Assembly: GCA_934667105.1 (NCBI GenBank) | Contig: CAKULG010000001.1 | Coordinates: 19,224-83,223 of the forward strand | Direction of reading: 5' to 3' | Source: an uncultured Clostridia bacterium | GTDB taxonomy: Bacteria > Bacillota > Clostridia > Christensenellales > Aristaeellaceae | DNA length: 64,000 bases | Shown: in pieces, positions 29,077 to 38,334 of the stretch | Layout: every line of letters starts with the position of its first letter | Position numbering within the stretch: the stretch's first letter is position 1 | Position numbers and translations under genes: made by a program | The notes under the pieces: model-generated | Told to the model about the DNA's origin: nothing | Seen by the model: only the letters and a program-made list of their open reading frames with translations | The model's database searches: none

Positions 29077-29778
29077 TTATTGTTTCCGCGGGTCGATCCA
29101 GGCGACCGCGCCGTCCTCGGCCTTAAAGCGGCCGTAGGTGCCGATGTTCTTTTCATACGCTTCGTTGGGGCTCATGCCCTTCTTGATCGCGTCCATCATC
29201 TTGCCCAGGGACAGGAACTGATAGCCGCAAACCTGGCTGTCCTTATCCAGGGCCAGCTTCATCACATAGCCCTCGGCCATTTCCAGATAGCGGGTGCCCT
29301 TGGCCTTGGTGCCGTACATGGTGCCCACCTGGCTGCGCAGGCCCTTGCCCAGATCCTCCAGCCCGGCGCCGATCACCAGGCCGTCGTCGGAGAAGGCGGA
29401 CTGGGTGCGGCCGTACACGATCTGCAGGAACAGCTCGCGCATGGCGGTGTTGATCGCGTCGCACACCAGGTCGGTGTTCAGCGCTTCCAGGATGGTCTTG
29501 CCGGGGAGAATTTCGCTGGCCATGGCGGCGGAATGGGTCATGCCGGAGCAGCCGATGGTTTCCACCAGCGCTTCTTCGATGATGCCGTTCTTCACATTCA
29601 GGGTCAGCTTGCAGGCGCCCTGCTGGGGCGCGCACCAGCCGATGCCATGAGTAAGGCCGGAAATATCCTTAATTTCCTTGGCCTGGATCCATTTGCCTTC
29701 TTCAGGAATGGGCGCGGGGCCGTGGTTGGGGCCCTTCATCACGCATACCATTTCTTCCACTTCGCGGGAATATTGCAT
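29077..29778 (-). CDS. IscU/NifU-like iron-sulfur scaffold domain protein with C-terminal extension
   Basis: The N-terminal half has an IscU-like Cys pattern (GWCAPQQGAC ... TIGCSGMTHSAAMASE...GKTILEA), followed by a roughly 110-aa extension. AAGGAGGATTAGAATCC RBS. It lies 18 nt upstream of the GGGtGRT gene. Confidence 0.65.
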   Translation of the reverse strand: MQYSREVEEMVCVMKGPNHGPAPIPEEGKWIQAKEIKDISGLTHGIGWCAPQQGACKLTLNVKNGIIEEALVETIGCSGMTHSAAMASEILPGKTILEALNTDLVCDAINTAMRELFLQIVYGRTQSAFSDDGLVIGAGLEDLGKGLRSQVGTMYGTKAKGTRYLEMAEGYVMKLALDKDSQVCGYQFLSLGKMMDAIKKGMSPNEAYEKNIGTYGRFKAEDGAVAWIDPRKQ

Positions 29779-30009
29779 GGATTCTAATCCTCCTTACAAT
29801 TAATTGTGGGACAAACACCATATTATTATAGCATATCGCCCCGCCCGAAAAAAGGGGGTTTTTTGTTTTTTTGGCCGCGTTTGCGGGGCAAATTCCGCCC
29901 GCACGGCTGCTCGCCGCCCATAGGCGCGCCCTTTTTCGTTTTTTTCCGCATTTCGTTTCGACGCGGCGGCCCCGCGCGGGCTTTTATACTGATATTGGAG
30001 GATGAAAGC

Positions 30010-30828
30010 ATGCGCGTATACGGCGAGGCCTATTTCTGCCTCAATATGGGCATGGATTTTCTTTGCCTGCTGCTGGCCGCCCGGCTGGGACGGCTGCGGT
30101 TTCGCCCAGGGCGGGCGCTACTGGCGGCGGGGCTGGGGGGCGGCTATGCGCTGTTGGCGCTTATGGGCCCGCCCTGGCTGGGGGGCGCTTGGGGGCTGAT
30201 GCTGTCGGCGCTTTGCATGTGCCTGCTGGCCTTTGGCCGCCGGGGGCTGCGGGGCTTTCCGCTGCTGCTGGCGGCGGGGCTGTTCTTCTGGGGCGTGGCG
30301 GAATATTTTAGGGGCAGACGGGCTCCTGCCGGGCTGATCCTGGCCGGGTGCGCGTTTTCGGGGCTGGGGCTTGCGGCGCTGCTGCTGCGCCGGGGGCCAG
30401 ACGGTGAAGGCCGCTTTGAAGTGGAGCTTCGCCTGGGCGGGCGGCGGGCGGTGCTGCCCGCGCTGCGGGACAGCGGCAATCTGCTTGCCGACCCCGTGAG
30501 CGGCCTGCCCGTCATTGTGATTCCCGCGCCGCTGGCCCGTTCGCTTCTGCCCCCGGGCACGCGGCCCGAACGGCTGGATACGCTGCCCCCCGGAGGGCGG
30601 CTGATTCGAATGCGGACGGCGGGAGGCGTGGGAACCGCCATGCTCTTTTGCCCGGATGAAATCATTTTGCGCCAGGGCGGGGCGGCCCGCCGGGTGGACG
30701 CGATGGCGGCGGCGGCCCCCTTTCGGGATTGCTGGGCGCTGCTGCCCGAAGCGCTTTTTTCAAACGACGCGGGCTCCCTCCCCTCGGAGGGGCCCCAGGA
30801 AAGGAAGGATCTGCATGCAGGCTTTTGA
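30010..30828 (+). CDS. spoIIGA: sigma-E processing peptidase SpoIIGA
   Basis: N-terminal membrane domain ([17 protein letters not shown]) and the aspartic protease motif [20 protein letters not shown]. Immediately upstream of sigE. Start at ATG 30010 behind GGAGGA. Confidence 0.85.
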   Translation: MRVYGEAYFCLNMGMDFLCLLLAARLGRLRFRPGRALLAAGLGGGYALLALMGPPWLGGAWGLMLSALCMCLLAFGRRGLRGFPLLLAAGLFFWGVAEYFRGRRAPAGLILAGCAFSGLGLAALLLRRGPDGEGRFEVELRLGGRRAVLPALRDSGNLLADPVSGLPVIVIPAPLARSLLPPGTRPERLDTLPPGGRLIRMRTAGGVGTAMLFCPDEIILRQGGAARRVDAMAAAAPFRDCWALLPEALFSNDAGSLPSEGPQERKDLHAGF

Positions 30829-31525
30829 CATGCGCAAATGGATGCTGCTGTTTTTTTCACATCTGCGCTCCGGCCGGATGTATTACATCGGCGGCGCGGA
30901 TCCCCTGCCCCAGCCCCTCACCGGCGAGGAGGAGCGCCAGCTTACCCAACGGCTGCATAAGGACGACGGCACCGTGCGCTCCATCCTCATCGAGCGCAAC
31001 CTGCGGCTGGTGGTGTTTATCGCCCGGAAATTTGAAAATACCGGCGTGGGCATGGAGGATCTGATCTCCATCGGCACCATCGGACTGATTAAGGCGGTGA
31101 ACACCTTCGACCCCGAAAAGAAGATTAAGCTGGCCACCTACGCCTCCCGGTGCATTGAAAACGAGGTGCTGATGTTTCTGCGCCATAACAGCCGCCTGCG
31201 CTGCGAGGTTTCCCTGGATGAGCCCCTGCGCACCGATTGGGACGGCAACGAGCTATTGCTTTCCGACGTGCTGGGCACGGAGGGCGATCTGGTTTCCCGA
31301 GGGCTGGAGGAGGACACGGAAAAGCAGCTGCTTTCCGGCGCGCTTTCGCATCTTTCCCCCCGGGAGCAGCGCATCATGCGCCTGCGCTTCGGCCTGGGGG
31401 GCCGCCGGGAAATGACGCAGAAGGAAGTAGCCGATGTGCTGGGCATTTCCCAATCCTATATTTCCCGGTTGGAAAAGCGCATTCTTTCCCGCCTGCAAAG
31501 CGAGATGATTCGGGTATCCTCATAA
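30815..31525 (+). CDS. sigE: RNA polymerase sporulation sigma factor E (pro-sigma-E)
   Basis: [14 protein letters not shown] ... [61 protein letters not shown] ... [13 protein letters not shown] is near-identical in layout to Bacillus SigE. The start choice (30815 versus 30830) is uncertain. Confidence 0.93.
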   Translation: MQAFDMRKWMLLFFSHLRSGRMYYIGGADPLPQPLTGEEERQLTQRLHKDDGTVRSILIERNLRLVVFIARKFENTGVGMEDLISIGTIGLIKAVNTFDPEKKIKLATYASRCIENEVLMFLRHNSRLRCEVSLDEPLRTDWDGNELLLSDVLGTEGDLVSRGLEEDTEKQLLSGALSHLSPREQRIMRLRFGLGGRREMTQKEVADVLGISQSYISRLEKRILSRLQSEMIRVSS

Positions 31526-31722
31526 ATAAAAAGCGCCCGCAAAAAAACGTTCGCGGCGCTTCCGGCTTTTTCGGCCGTATACGCTCTGCATACAGGCATA
31601 AGCGGCGGAAATTCCGGCGAAAAAGGGCGATTGAGCCCGGATTCGCGCCCCTTTCTTCTCCCCGCGTCTTTGTATAAACCGCCTCTTGAGGCGCCATACT
31701 GAAAAAAGACGGAGGTGGCAGT

Positions 31723-32508
31723 ATGGCGACAAGCAAAGTGGAAATCTGCGGCGTGGATACCGCGTCGCTGCCCGTGCTTACCAATGAACGCATGCGCGAA
31801 TTATTTCCCCTGGTGCATGGCGGCGACCGCGCGGCGCGGGAGGAATTTATTCGCGGCAATCTGCGCCTGGTGCTCAGCGTGGTGCAGCGGTTTAATAACC
31901 GGGGCGAAAATGTGGACGATCTGTTTCAGGTGGGCTGCATCGGCCTGATTAAGGCGCTGGATAATTTTGACGTGAGCCAGAACGTGCGCTTTTCCACCTA
32001 TGCCGTGCCCATGATTATCGGGGAAATTCGGCGCTATCTGCGGGATAACAATCCCATCCGGGTCAGCCGTTCCCTGCGGGATACGGCCTATAAGGCGCTT
32101 CAGGCCCGGGACAGGCTGGTGATTTCCCTCAACCGGGAGCCCACCCTGGCGGAAATGGCCCAGGCCCTGCAATTGCCCCAGGAGGACGTGGTGTTCGCCC
32201 TGGAGGCAATTCAGGATCCCGTTTCGCTCTTTGAGCCGGTGTATAACGACGGCGGCGACGCGATCTATATCATGGATCAGGTGAAGGATGAAAAGCACCA
32301 GGATGAAAGCTGGCTGGAGAAAATCGCCATCAAGGAGGCCATGCGCCGCCTGAACGACCGGGAAAAGAAAATTCTGCGCCTGCGTTTTTTCGAGGGGCGC
32401 ACCCAGATGGAGGTGGCCGGGGAAATCGGCATCTCCCAGGCCCAGGTTTCCCGTCTGGAGAAAAACGCGCTGCTGCACATGCGCAAATACGTCAGCAGCA
32501 ATTCGTGA
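31723..32508 (+). CDS. sigG: RNA polymerase sporulation sigma factor G
   Basis: KVEICGVDTASLPVL ... GNLRLVLSVVQRFNNRGENVDDLFQVGCIGLIKALDNFD ... STYAVPMIIGEIRRYLRDNNPIRVSRSLRD. Position after sigE as in Bacillus and Clostridium. Confidence 0.93.
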   Translation: MATSKVEICGVDTASLPVLTNERMRELFPLVHGGDRAAREEFIRGNLRLVLSVVQRFNNRGENVDDLFQVGCIGLIKALDNFDVSQNVRFSTYAVPMIIGEIRRYLRDNNPIRVSRSLRDTAYKALQARDRLVISLNREPTLAEMAQALQLPQEDVVFALEAIQDPVSLFEPVYNDGGDAIYIMDQVKDEKHQDESWLEKIAIKEAMRRLNDREKKILRLRFFEGRTQMEVAGEIGISQAQVSRLEKNALLHMRKYVSSNS

Positions 32509-32533
32509 GGGAATGGGGGAGAAGATAATAAAT

Positions 32534-32778
32534 GCGGGGGAACCGCTCTTTGGAGGCCAAAGAGCGGTTCCCCCGCACCCCTTCTGAGAAAGCCGATTGG
32601 GTAGGAGAGGGCGGCAGGAAAACGGCTGATTTCTCCGCTGGCAGAGCGTGCGGAGGGTTGCGGAGCGGTTTCCCCGCACCCCTTCCGAGAAAGCCGATTG
32701 GGTAGGAGAGGGCGGCAGGAAAACGGCTGATTTCTCCGCTGGCAGAGCGTGCGGAGGGTTGCGGAGCGGTTTCTCCGC
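32534..32778 (+). repeat. intergenic hairpin-plus-module repeat, copy 5, with a 101-bp tandem duplication
   Basis: The hairpin at 32534-32576 is followed by two 101-nt units (32577-32677 and 32678-32778). By my reading the units differ at two positions. Each unit carries GAGAAAGCCGATTGGG ... CGGCTGATTTCTCCGC and a degenerate hairpin. Confidence 0.9.
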
Positions 32779-32990
32779 GCAAGCGCTTCATATCGTTTAT
32801 GGGCAGCCCCTTCGCCAACCGGAGGCGGCTGCTCGGAACGTCCCCGCAAAGGGGGCGATTTTCTTATTTTCCTACGAAAAACGGCTGTTATTTTCTTGTC
32901 TTTTTCGTTTTCGCTTGTTATTTTTCCCGGGCCATGCTATGATAATTCCAGCCATACGAATTTGAAAAATAGAAAGAGAGGGGTTGTCCG

Positions 32991-35342
32991 TTGTTCTCCT
33001 GTCGTTTTATCAGCGCCACCCGGGAATATTCCACCCTGGAAAAGCAAGTGCCCGCCCCCTATCTGCGCCGGAGCTTTGAAATCAAGGCCCCCGTGCAGCG
33101 CGCCGCCCTCACCATCTGCGGCCTGGGCTTTTACGAGGCGTATCTCAACGGCCAGCGCATCACCAAGGGCCTGCTGGCCCCCTACGTTTCCAACCCCGAC
33201 GACATTCTATACTATGATCGCTACGACCTGACCGACCGGCTGCGCCCGGGCAAAAACGTGCTGGCGCTGCTGCTGGGCAACGGCATGCTCAATTGCCCCG
33301 GCGGCCAGGTGTGGAATTTTGAAAATGTGCGCTATCGCAGCGCGCCCAAGGCGGCCCTGGCGCTGGAGGCGGAAACGACGGCGGGGGAGACGCTGCTGCT
33401 GGAGGCGGACGAGCAATTCCGCTGCGCCCCCTCGCCCATTCAATACGACGATCTGCGCGCGGGGGAATGGTATGACGCGCGCAAGGAAATTCTCGGCTGG
33501 AATCTGCCCGAATTCGATGATTCCGCCTGGGCCCCCGCCCTGCCCGCCGAAACGCCCCGGGGCGAATGCCGCCTGTGCCAGGCCGAGCCCATCGTGACCA
33601 CGGCGGAGTTGGCGCCCCGTTCCGTGCGCCCCGCCCGCATCGGCCTGCTGCCCAAGGTGCATCAAAAGCTGCCCCAGCTGCCCCTTACCGGGCCGGACGC
33701 CTGCCTGGAGGGCTGGCTGTATGATTTCGGGGTGAACGCCGCGGGCCTGTGCCGGCTGAAAATCAAGGGCCGTCCCGGTCAGCGGATCATCCTGCAATTT
33801 GGGGAAAAGCTGGATGAAGAAGGCAACCTGGATCTGCGGGGCATGGCCTTCCTGCCCTTGCCGTTAAATCACCGGGATGTGTATATCTGCCGGGGCGGCG
33901 AGGAGGAAAGCTACACCCCCGCCTTCACCTATCACGGCTTCCAATACTGCCTGGCCATCGGCCTGGACAAGGAGCAGGCGCTGCCTGAAACGCTGACCTG
34001 CCTGGTCATGAATTCCGATCTGAAAACCCGGGGGGATTTCTCTTCTTCGGATGACCGGCTTAACCGCCTGCAGCAGGCCGTCCGCGTTTCCGATCTGGCG
34101 AATTTTTATTATTTTCCCACCGATTGCCCCCATCGGGAGAAGAACGGCTGGACGGCGGACGCGGCCCTTTCCTGCGAGCAGACGCTGCTGAATTTCACCC
34201 CGGAAAATTCCTACCGCGAATGGCTGCACAACATCCGCAAGGCCCAGCGGGAGGACGGCGCGCTGCCCGGCGTGGTGCCCACCGGCGGCTGGGGCTTTGA
34301 TTGGGGCAACGGCCCGGCCTGGGATTGCGTGCTGGTGTATCTGCCTTATTTCATCTGGCGCTATCGGGGCGATGTGCAGGTGATTCGGGAAAACGCCGGG
34401 GCCGTTATGCGCTATCTGCATTACATCACCACCCGGCGGGATGCGCGCGGCCTGATCCATATCGGCCTGGGCGATTGGTGTCAAAGCGCCCATTCCAACC
34501 GCGCAAAAGCGCCCCTGGAATTCACCGACACCGTGCTGTGCATCGATATCTGCCGCAAGGCGGCGGTGATCTTCGGCGCGGCGGGCATGACGGCCCAGCG
34601 CGCTTTTGCCCTGGCCGTGGGCGAGGAATTCCGCCGGGCCGCCCGCGCCTATCTGCTGGATCTGGGCAGCATGACCGCCCTGGGCGGCTGCCAGACCTGC
34701 CAGGCCATGGCGATTTTCTATGATGTGTTTGAGCCCGCCGAAAAGCCCGCCGCCTTCCAGGTGCTTTTGAAAATGATCGCGGAAAACGACGGGCTGATGG
34801 ATGTGGGCGTGCTGGGGGCCCGGGTGCTGTTCCGGGTGCTGTCCCAGTTCGGGCGCACCGATCTGGCCTATGATATGATTACCACCCGCCGTTATCCCTC
34901 CTATGGCAACTGGCTCGATCAGGGGGCCACCTCCCTTTGGGAATCCGTCCGGCCCCGGGATTGCTCCCCCGATTCCCATAATCACCATTTCTGGGGCGAT
35001 GTGAGCGGCTGGATGTTCGAGGCCCTGGCGGGCATTCAGGTGAACCCCCGCGAACGGGAGCCCGGCGAGGTGCTGCTGCTGCCCCGGATTATCGACGCGC
35101 TGGAGCACGCCTCCGCCTTCCACACGCTGCCCCAGGGGCGGCTTTCCTCCGCCTGGAAGCGCGTGGGCGATCAGGTGGAATGGACGGTGGAAATTCCCGA
35201 GGGCTGTTACGGCATGCTGCAATTGGAGGCCGCCTGGCAATTTGACGACGGCACGCGCTTCAAGCCCGCCGCCAGCGGCGTTTACCGCCTGCTGCCCGCC
35301 GGCGCGAAGGACCGCTATTATCAGCCGGAGAAGGATATTTAA
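32991..35342 (+). CDS. alpha-L-rhamnosidase (glycoside hydrolase family 78)
   Basis: 783 aa. The N-terminal region (LRRSFEIKAPVQRAALTICGLGFYEAYLNGQRI) and the (alpha/alpha)6 catalytic region (FPTDCPHREKNGWTADA) are typical of GH78. TTG start. Confidence 0.85.
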   Translation: MFSCRFISATREYSTLEKQVPAPYLRRSFEIKAPVQRAALTICGLGFYEAYLNGQRITKGLLAPYVSNPDDILYYDRYDLTDRLRPGKNVLALLLGNGMLNCPGGQVWNFENVRYRSAPKAALALEAETTAGETLLLEADEQFRCAPSPIQYDDLRAGEWYDARKEILGWNLPEFDDSAWAPALPAETPRGECRLCQAEPIVTTAELAPRSVRPARIGLLPKVHQKLPQLPLTGPDACLEGWLYDFGVNAAGLCRLKIKGRPGQRIILQFGEKLDEEGNLDLRGMAFLPLPLNHRDVYICRGGEEESYTPAFTYHGFQYCLAIGLDKEQALPETLTCLVMNSDLKTRGDFSSSDDRLNRLQQAVRVSDLANFYYFPTDCPHREKNGWTADAALSCEQTLLNFTPENSYREWLHNIRKAQREDGALPGVVPTGGWGFDWGNGPAWDCVLVYLPYFIWRYRGDVQVIRENAGAVMRYLHYITTRRDARGLIHIGLGDWCQSAHSNRAKAPLEFTDTVLCIDICRKAAVIFGAAGMTAQRAFALAVGEEFRRAARAYLLDLGSMTALGGCQTCQAMAIFYDVFEPAEKPAAFQVLLKMIAENDGLMDVGVLGARVLFRVLSQFGRTDLAYDMITTRRYPSYGNWLDQGATSLWESVRPRDCSPDSHNHHFWGDVSGWMFEALAGIQVNPREREPGEVLLLPRIIDALEHASAFHTLPQGRLSSAWKRVGDQVEWTVEIPEGCYGMLQLEAAWQFDDGTRFKPAASGVYRLLPAGAKDRYYQPEKDI

Positions 35343-35355
35343 GTGAAAATTTAAT

Positions 35356-35398
35356 GCGGGGGAACCATTCCTTGAAGGTCAAAGAACGGTTCCCCCGC
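35356..35398 (+). repeat. intergenic hairpin repeat, copy 6 (terminator-like)
   Basis: GCGGGGGAACCATTCCTTGAAGGTCAAAGAACGGTTCCCCCGC starts 14 nt after the rhamnosidase stop and is followed by T-rich sequence. Confidence 0.8.
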
Positions 35399-35520
35399 AA
35401 TACTTTGTTTTCGTTTTTTTACAGCCCCTTGTTTAGAGGGGTAAAAAGCGTTTTTGCAGCCTGGATACGCTAGAACGGGGCGGCTTCTCTTGTTTGCTAT
35501 TCTTCCAATTTTCTATGCAT

Positions 35521-35733
35521 GTGGAGAAGCAAGCTGATTTCTTAAAACGCTCCTTCTTCCCCGATCGGCTTTCTTGGGAGAGTGCGGGGGGGAAAAAAAT
35601 CGTTCAGGTGAGCGCCGTTCCCTTATGTTAGCGGAGAAGCAAGCCGAACTCTTAAAACACTCCTTTTTCCCAATCGGTTTTCTTGGGAGGGCGCGGGAGG
35701 AGGTTCTTTGGCCTCCAAAGAACCCCCTCCCGC
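35521..35733 (-). repeat. intergenic hairpin-plus-module repeat, copy 7 (two units, about 110-bp period)
   Basis: Hairpin at 35693-35733 directly after the parB stop. The modules CCCAAGAAAACCGATTGGG and GCTTGCTTCTCCGC occur twice. In the distal unit the hairpin is decayed to GCGGGGGGGAAAAAAA. Confidence 0.8.
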
Positions 35734-35765
35734 AATTATTATTTATTATTTTATTCGTTCCTTTT

Positions 35766-36614
35766 TCACCGGCCCTGCTCTAATTGCTCCAGGGCCTGAT
35801 AGAGCGTTTCCAACTCGTCCTCGTTGTAATACTGAAGAATAATTTTGCCATGCTTCCGGTTGCCCCGAATTACGGCCCGAAGGCCCAAATTCTCCCGCAG
35901 CTTATTTTCCATATCCTGCAATTCCAGCGGCAGGGGCCGGGGGGCGGGCTTGGCGGGGGCGGGGGCCTCGGGCTTGGCCGCCAGCTTTTCCAGGGCGCGG
36001 ACGCTGAGCCCCTCCTGGATCACCTTCTGGGCCAGGGCGATTTGCAGCCCCTCATCCTCCAGCCCGGCCAGCACCCGGGCATGCCCTGCGGAAAGGCGGC
36101 CCGCAGTCACCTCCTGGCGCACCTCCTGGGGCAGCGTTAAAAGCCGCAGCAGGTTCGCCACCGCGGGGCGGGATTTGCCCAGCCGGGCGGCGGCCTTTTC
36201 TTGGGTGTAGCCGCAGGCGTCCATCAACTGGCGCACGGCGGCGGCCTCTTCAATGGGGTTCAGGTCCTCCCGCTGAATGTTTTCAATCAGCGCGGCCTCC
36301 ATCTGCTCCTGGGGCGAAAAATCCCGCACGATGCAGGGCACCGCGTCCAGCCCGGCGATGCGGGCGGCCCGGAAACGGCGTTCCCCCGCCACGATGCGAT
36401 AGCGCCCGCCTTCCTCCACCACCAGCAGCGGCTGAAGCACCCCCGCCTCCCGGATGGAATCCGCCAGCGCTTGCAGGGCCGATTCGTCAAATTCTCGCCG
36501 GGGCTGATCGGGATTGCGGTCCAGCTCGGTCACGGCGATCATGTGCACGGCGTTTTGATCCTCGGTTTCGGGCAGCAGCGCGTCCAGCCCGCGGCCCAGG
36601 CCCATTTTCTTCAT
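35766..36614 (-). CDS. parB: chromosome partitioning protein ParB/Spo0J
   Basis: GLGRGLDALL N-terminal motif, ParB box (IVAGERRFRAA) and HTH region. Downstream of parA. Confidence 0.93.
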   Translation of the reverse strand: MKKMGLGRGLDALLPETEDQNAVHMIAVTELDRNPDQPRREFDESALQALADSIREAGVLQPLLVVEEGGRYRIVAGERRFRAARIAGLDAVPCIVRDFSPQEQMEAALIENIQREDLNPIEEAAAVRQLMDACGYTQEKAAARLGKSRPAVANLLRLLTLPQEVRQEVTAGRLSAGHARVLAGLEDEGLQIALAQKVIQEGLSVRALEKLAAKPEAPAPAKPAPRPLPLELQDMENKLRENLGLRAVIRGNRKHGKIILQYYNEDELETLYQALEQLEQGR

Positions 36615-36651
36615 TGATTTTCCACCTCTGCCCCTCTAAAAAAACGTTTTC

Positions 36652-37416
36652 CTATCGCGCCGTGTTCCGGGCGATAACCTCCTTGGCCAGGGCGCGATAC
36701 GCCTCCGCCCCCGTGCTGCGGGGGTCGTAGCGGTGAATAGGCAGCCCGTGGCTGGGGGCTTCGCCCAGGCGCACATTGCGGGGCACCGTGGTGGCGAACA
36801 CCTTGCCCCGGAAATGTTTCTTCACCTGGGCCACCACCTGCAGCCCCAGGTTGGTGCGGCCGTCCAGCATGGTCAGCAGCACGCCCTCAATTTCCAGGGC
36901 GGGGTTCAGCCCCTTTTTCACCCGCTGCACCGTGTTCATCAGCGCGCTCACGCCCTCCAGCGCGTAATATTCGCATTGGATGGGAATGAGAATGCTTTGG
37001 GCGGCGGTAAGGGCGTTGATGGTCAGCAGCCCCAGCGAGGGCGGGCAATCCACGATGATAAAATCATATTGCTGCCGCGCCGCTTCCAGCGCCGCCCGCA
37101 GCCGGTATTCCCGGCGGGGGAGGGCGGCCAGCTCCAGCTCCGCCCCGGCTAGGCGAATATCCGCAGGCGCGACGAACAGCCCCTCCTGGGGCGTTTTTTC
37201 AATCACGCTTTCCAGGGGGCATTCCCCCAGCAGCGCTTCATAAACCGTTTTCTTGCCCGCCTGAACGCCCAGGCCGCTGCTGGCGTTGCCCTGCGGATCC
37301 ATATCCGCCAGCAGGGTGCGCTTTCCCGCCTCCGCCAGGCAGGCGGCCAGGTTCACGGCGGTGGTGGTTTTGCCCACGCCGCCCTTCTGATTGGCAATGC
37401 AAATAATTTTTCCCAA
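36652..37416 (-). CDS. parA: chromosome partitioning ATPase ParA/Soj
   Basis: Deviant Walker A motif ANQKGGVGKTTTAVNLA. 254 aa. Confidence 0.93.
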   Translation of the reverse strand: MGKIICIANQKGGVGKTTTAVNLAACLAEAGKRTLLADMDPQGNASSGLGVQAGKKTVYEALLGECPLESVIEKTPQEGLFVAPADIRLAGAELELAALPRREYRLRAALEAARQQYDFIIVDCPPSLGLLTINALTAAQSILIPIQCEYYALEGVSALMNTVQRVKKGLNPALEIEGVLLTMLDGRTNLGLQVVAQVKKHFRGKVFATTVPRNVRLGEAPSHGLPIHRYDPRSTGAEAYRALAKEVIARNTAR

Positions 37417-37444
37417 TATAAGCCCCTTCTTTATGCTTTTGCGT

Positions 37445-37924
37445 TCATTCCATCAGCCAGCCCCGCAGTCGGAAGCGCGGATGGCAGGCCCGGGCCACTC
37501 CGGCGATGGCCGCCAGCTCCTCCCGGCTTTGCAGGGGCGCAAAGCGCGTATATAGCGTGCGAAGCGCCGCCAGGCTGCTGCACCGCATGGAATATTCCCG
37601 CAGCAGCAGCAAATGCTCCCCGTCCACTGGGAAGCCCTGAAAAACCAGCAGCAGCAGATCATCCGCCATCACGGAAAAATCCTCCACCCGGACGCGCACC
37701 CAGCTTCCATCCTCCAGCTGCGCCAGCATGGAGCCCCGGGTTTCTTCCCGCACCGCCCAGAAAAGCAGGCTGTCCAGCCGTGCGGCCAGCGCGTCCGGCG
37801 GGCGGCGGGAGGAATAGCCGTTCAGCAGGCAGGCGATTTCCTCCATCATAGGGAAAAGCCGCCCTGAAAGGCGCGCGCCAAGCCAGGGCTGCAAAGCGAT
37901 TTCCACCTGCGCCGTGGCGATCAT
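37445..37924 (-). CDS. hypothetical protein (no recognisable domain)
   Basis: 159 aa from ATG 37924 behind GGGAGGGGAGG. It ends 29 nt upstream of parA on the same strand. The longer 217-aa ORF-track version runs into the AT-rich origin region and is not supported. Confidence 0.5.
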   Translation of the reverse strand: MIATAQVEIALQPWLGARLSGRLFPMMEEIACLLNGYSSRRPPDALAARLDSLLFWAVREETRGSMLAQLEDGSWVRVRVEDFSVMADDLLLLVFQGFPVDGEHLLLLREYSMRCSSLAALRTLYTRFAPLQSREELAAIAGVARACHPRFRLRGWLME

Positions 37925-38199
37925 GCGCCTCCCCTCCCTCTCCTTCCAAAGATACCACACAATGGCTGAATTGTCCAGCGTTCCGGGGCAGAAAAACGGG
38001 GGAAATCCCGCCTGTTTTTCCCTGCGCGGGGGCACGCGGCCGGACGGGTAAAAGAAATTTTTTGTTATTTTTTGTAAGCTGCGTTTATAAATATTCACAT
38101 TTACTCGTAATGTGAATAATTATGCATTGCATTTTCCGCCCGCCGTCCATCCCTTGTGGTGTCCTTCCGGTGGGGGCACAATTCCTGGCCCTGGAAAAG

Positions 38200-38208
38200 T
38201 TATCAACA
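38200..38208 (+). promoter_or_regulatory. DnaA box (1 mismatch)
   Basis: TTATCAACA versus the consensus TTATCCACA. Confidence 0.55.
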
Positions 38209-38311
38209 GCACATAGCCATGCACGCGGGGAAAATGCGAAATTCTCCCAGAAAACCCTTGAAATAATCGAAAAAATCTGGTATGATAAGGCCGTGGTTCG
38301 GATAAACGCAG

Positions 38312-38334
38312 TTATCCACAAAAAGTTATCCACA
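38312..38334 (+). promoter_or_regulatory. two tandem perfect DnaA boxes
   Basis: TTATCCACA at 38312-38320 and again at 38326-38334, separated by AAAAG. Confidence 0.85.

Noticed and set aside
29957-29990. Possible Spo0A box (TTCGAC) placed 22 bp upstream of a TATACT -10 element, mimicking the Bacillus spoIIG promoter
   Set aside because: A start about 7 nt after this -10 element would fall on the spoIIGA RBS (GGAGGA at 29997-30002), leaving no usable leader. The box also has a mismatch to TTCGACA. The evidence is too weak to call.
32277-32849. 190-aa and 108-aa minus-strand ORFs across the tandem repeat region; also small ORFs over other repeat copies, such as 13244-13684, 35574-35783, 41880-42353 and 56514-56714
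   Set aside because: They are translations of the intergenic repeat elements. They have no RBS, and the reading frames are not conserved between repeat copies, because the same element is open in different frames or closed at other loci.
38297-38305. Additional reverse-orientation DnaA box, TTCGGATAA
   Set aside because: It has two mismatches to TGTGGATAA, which is indistinguishable from chance in this context. Only the perfect and one-mismatch boxes are reported.
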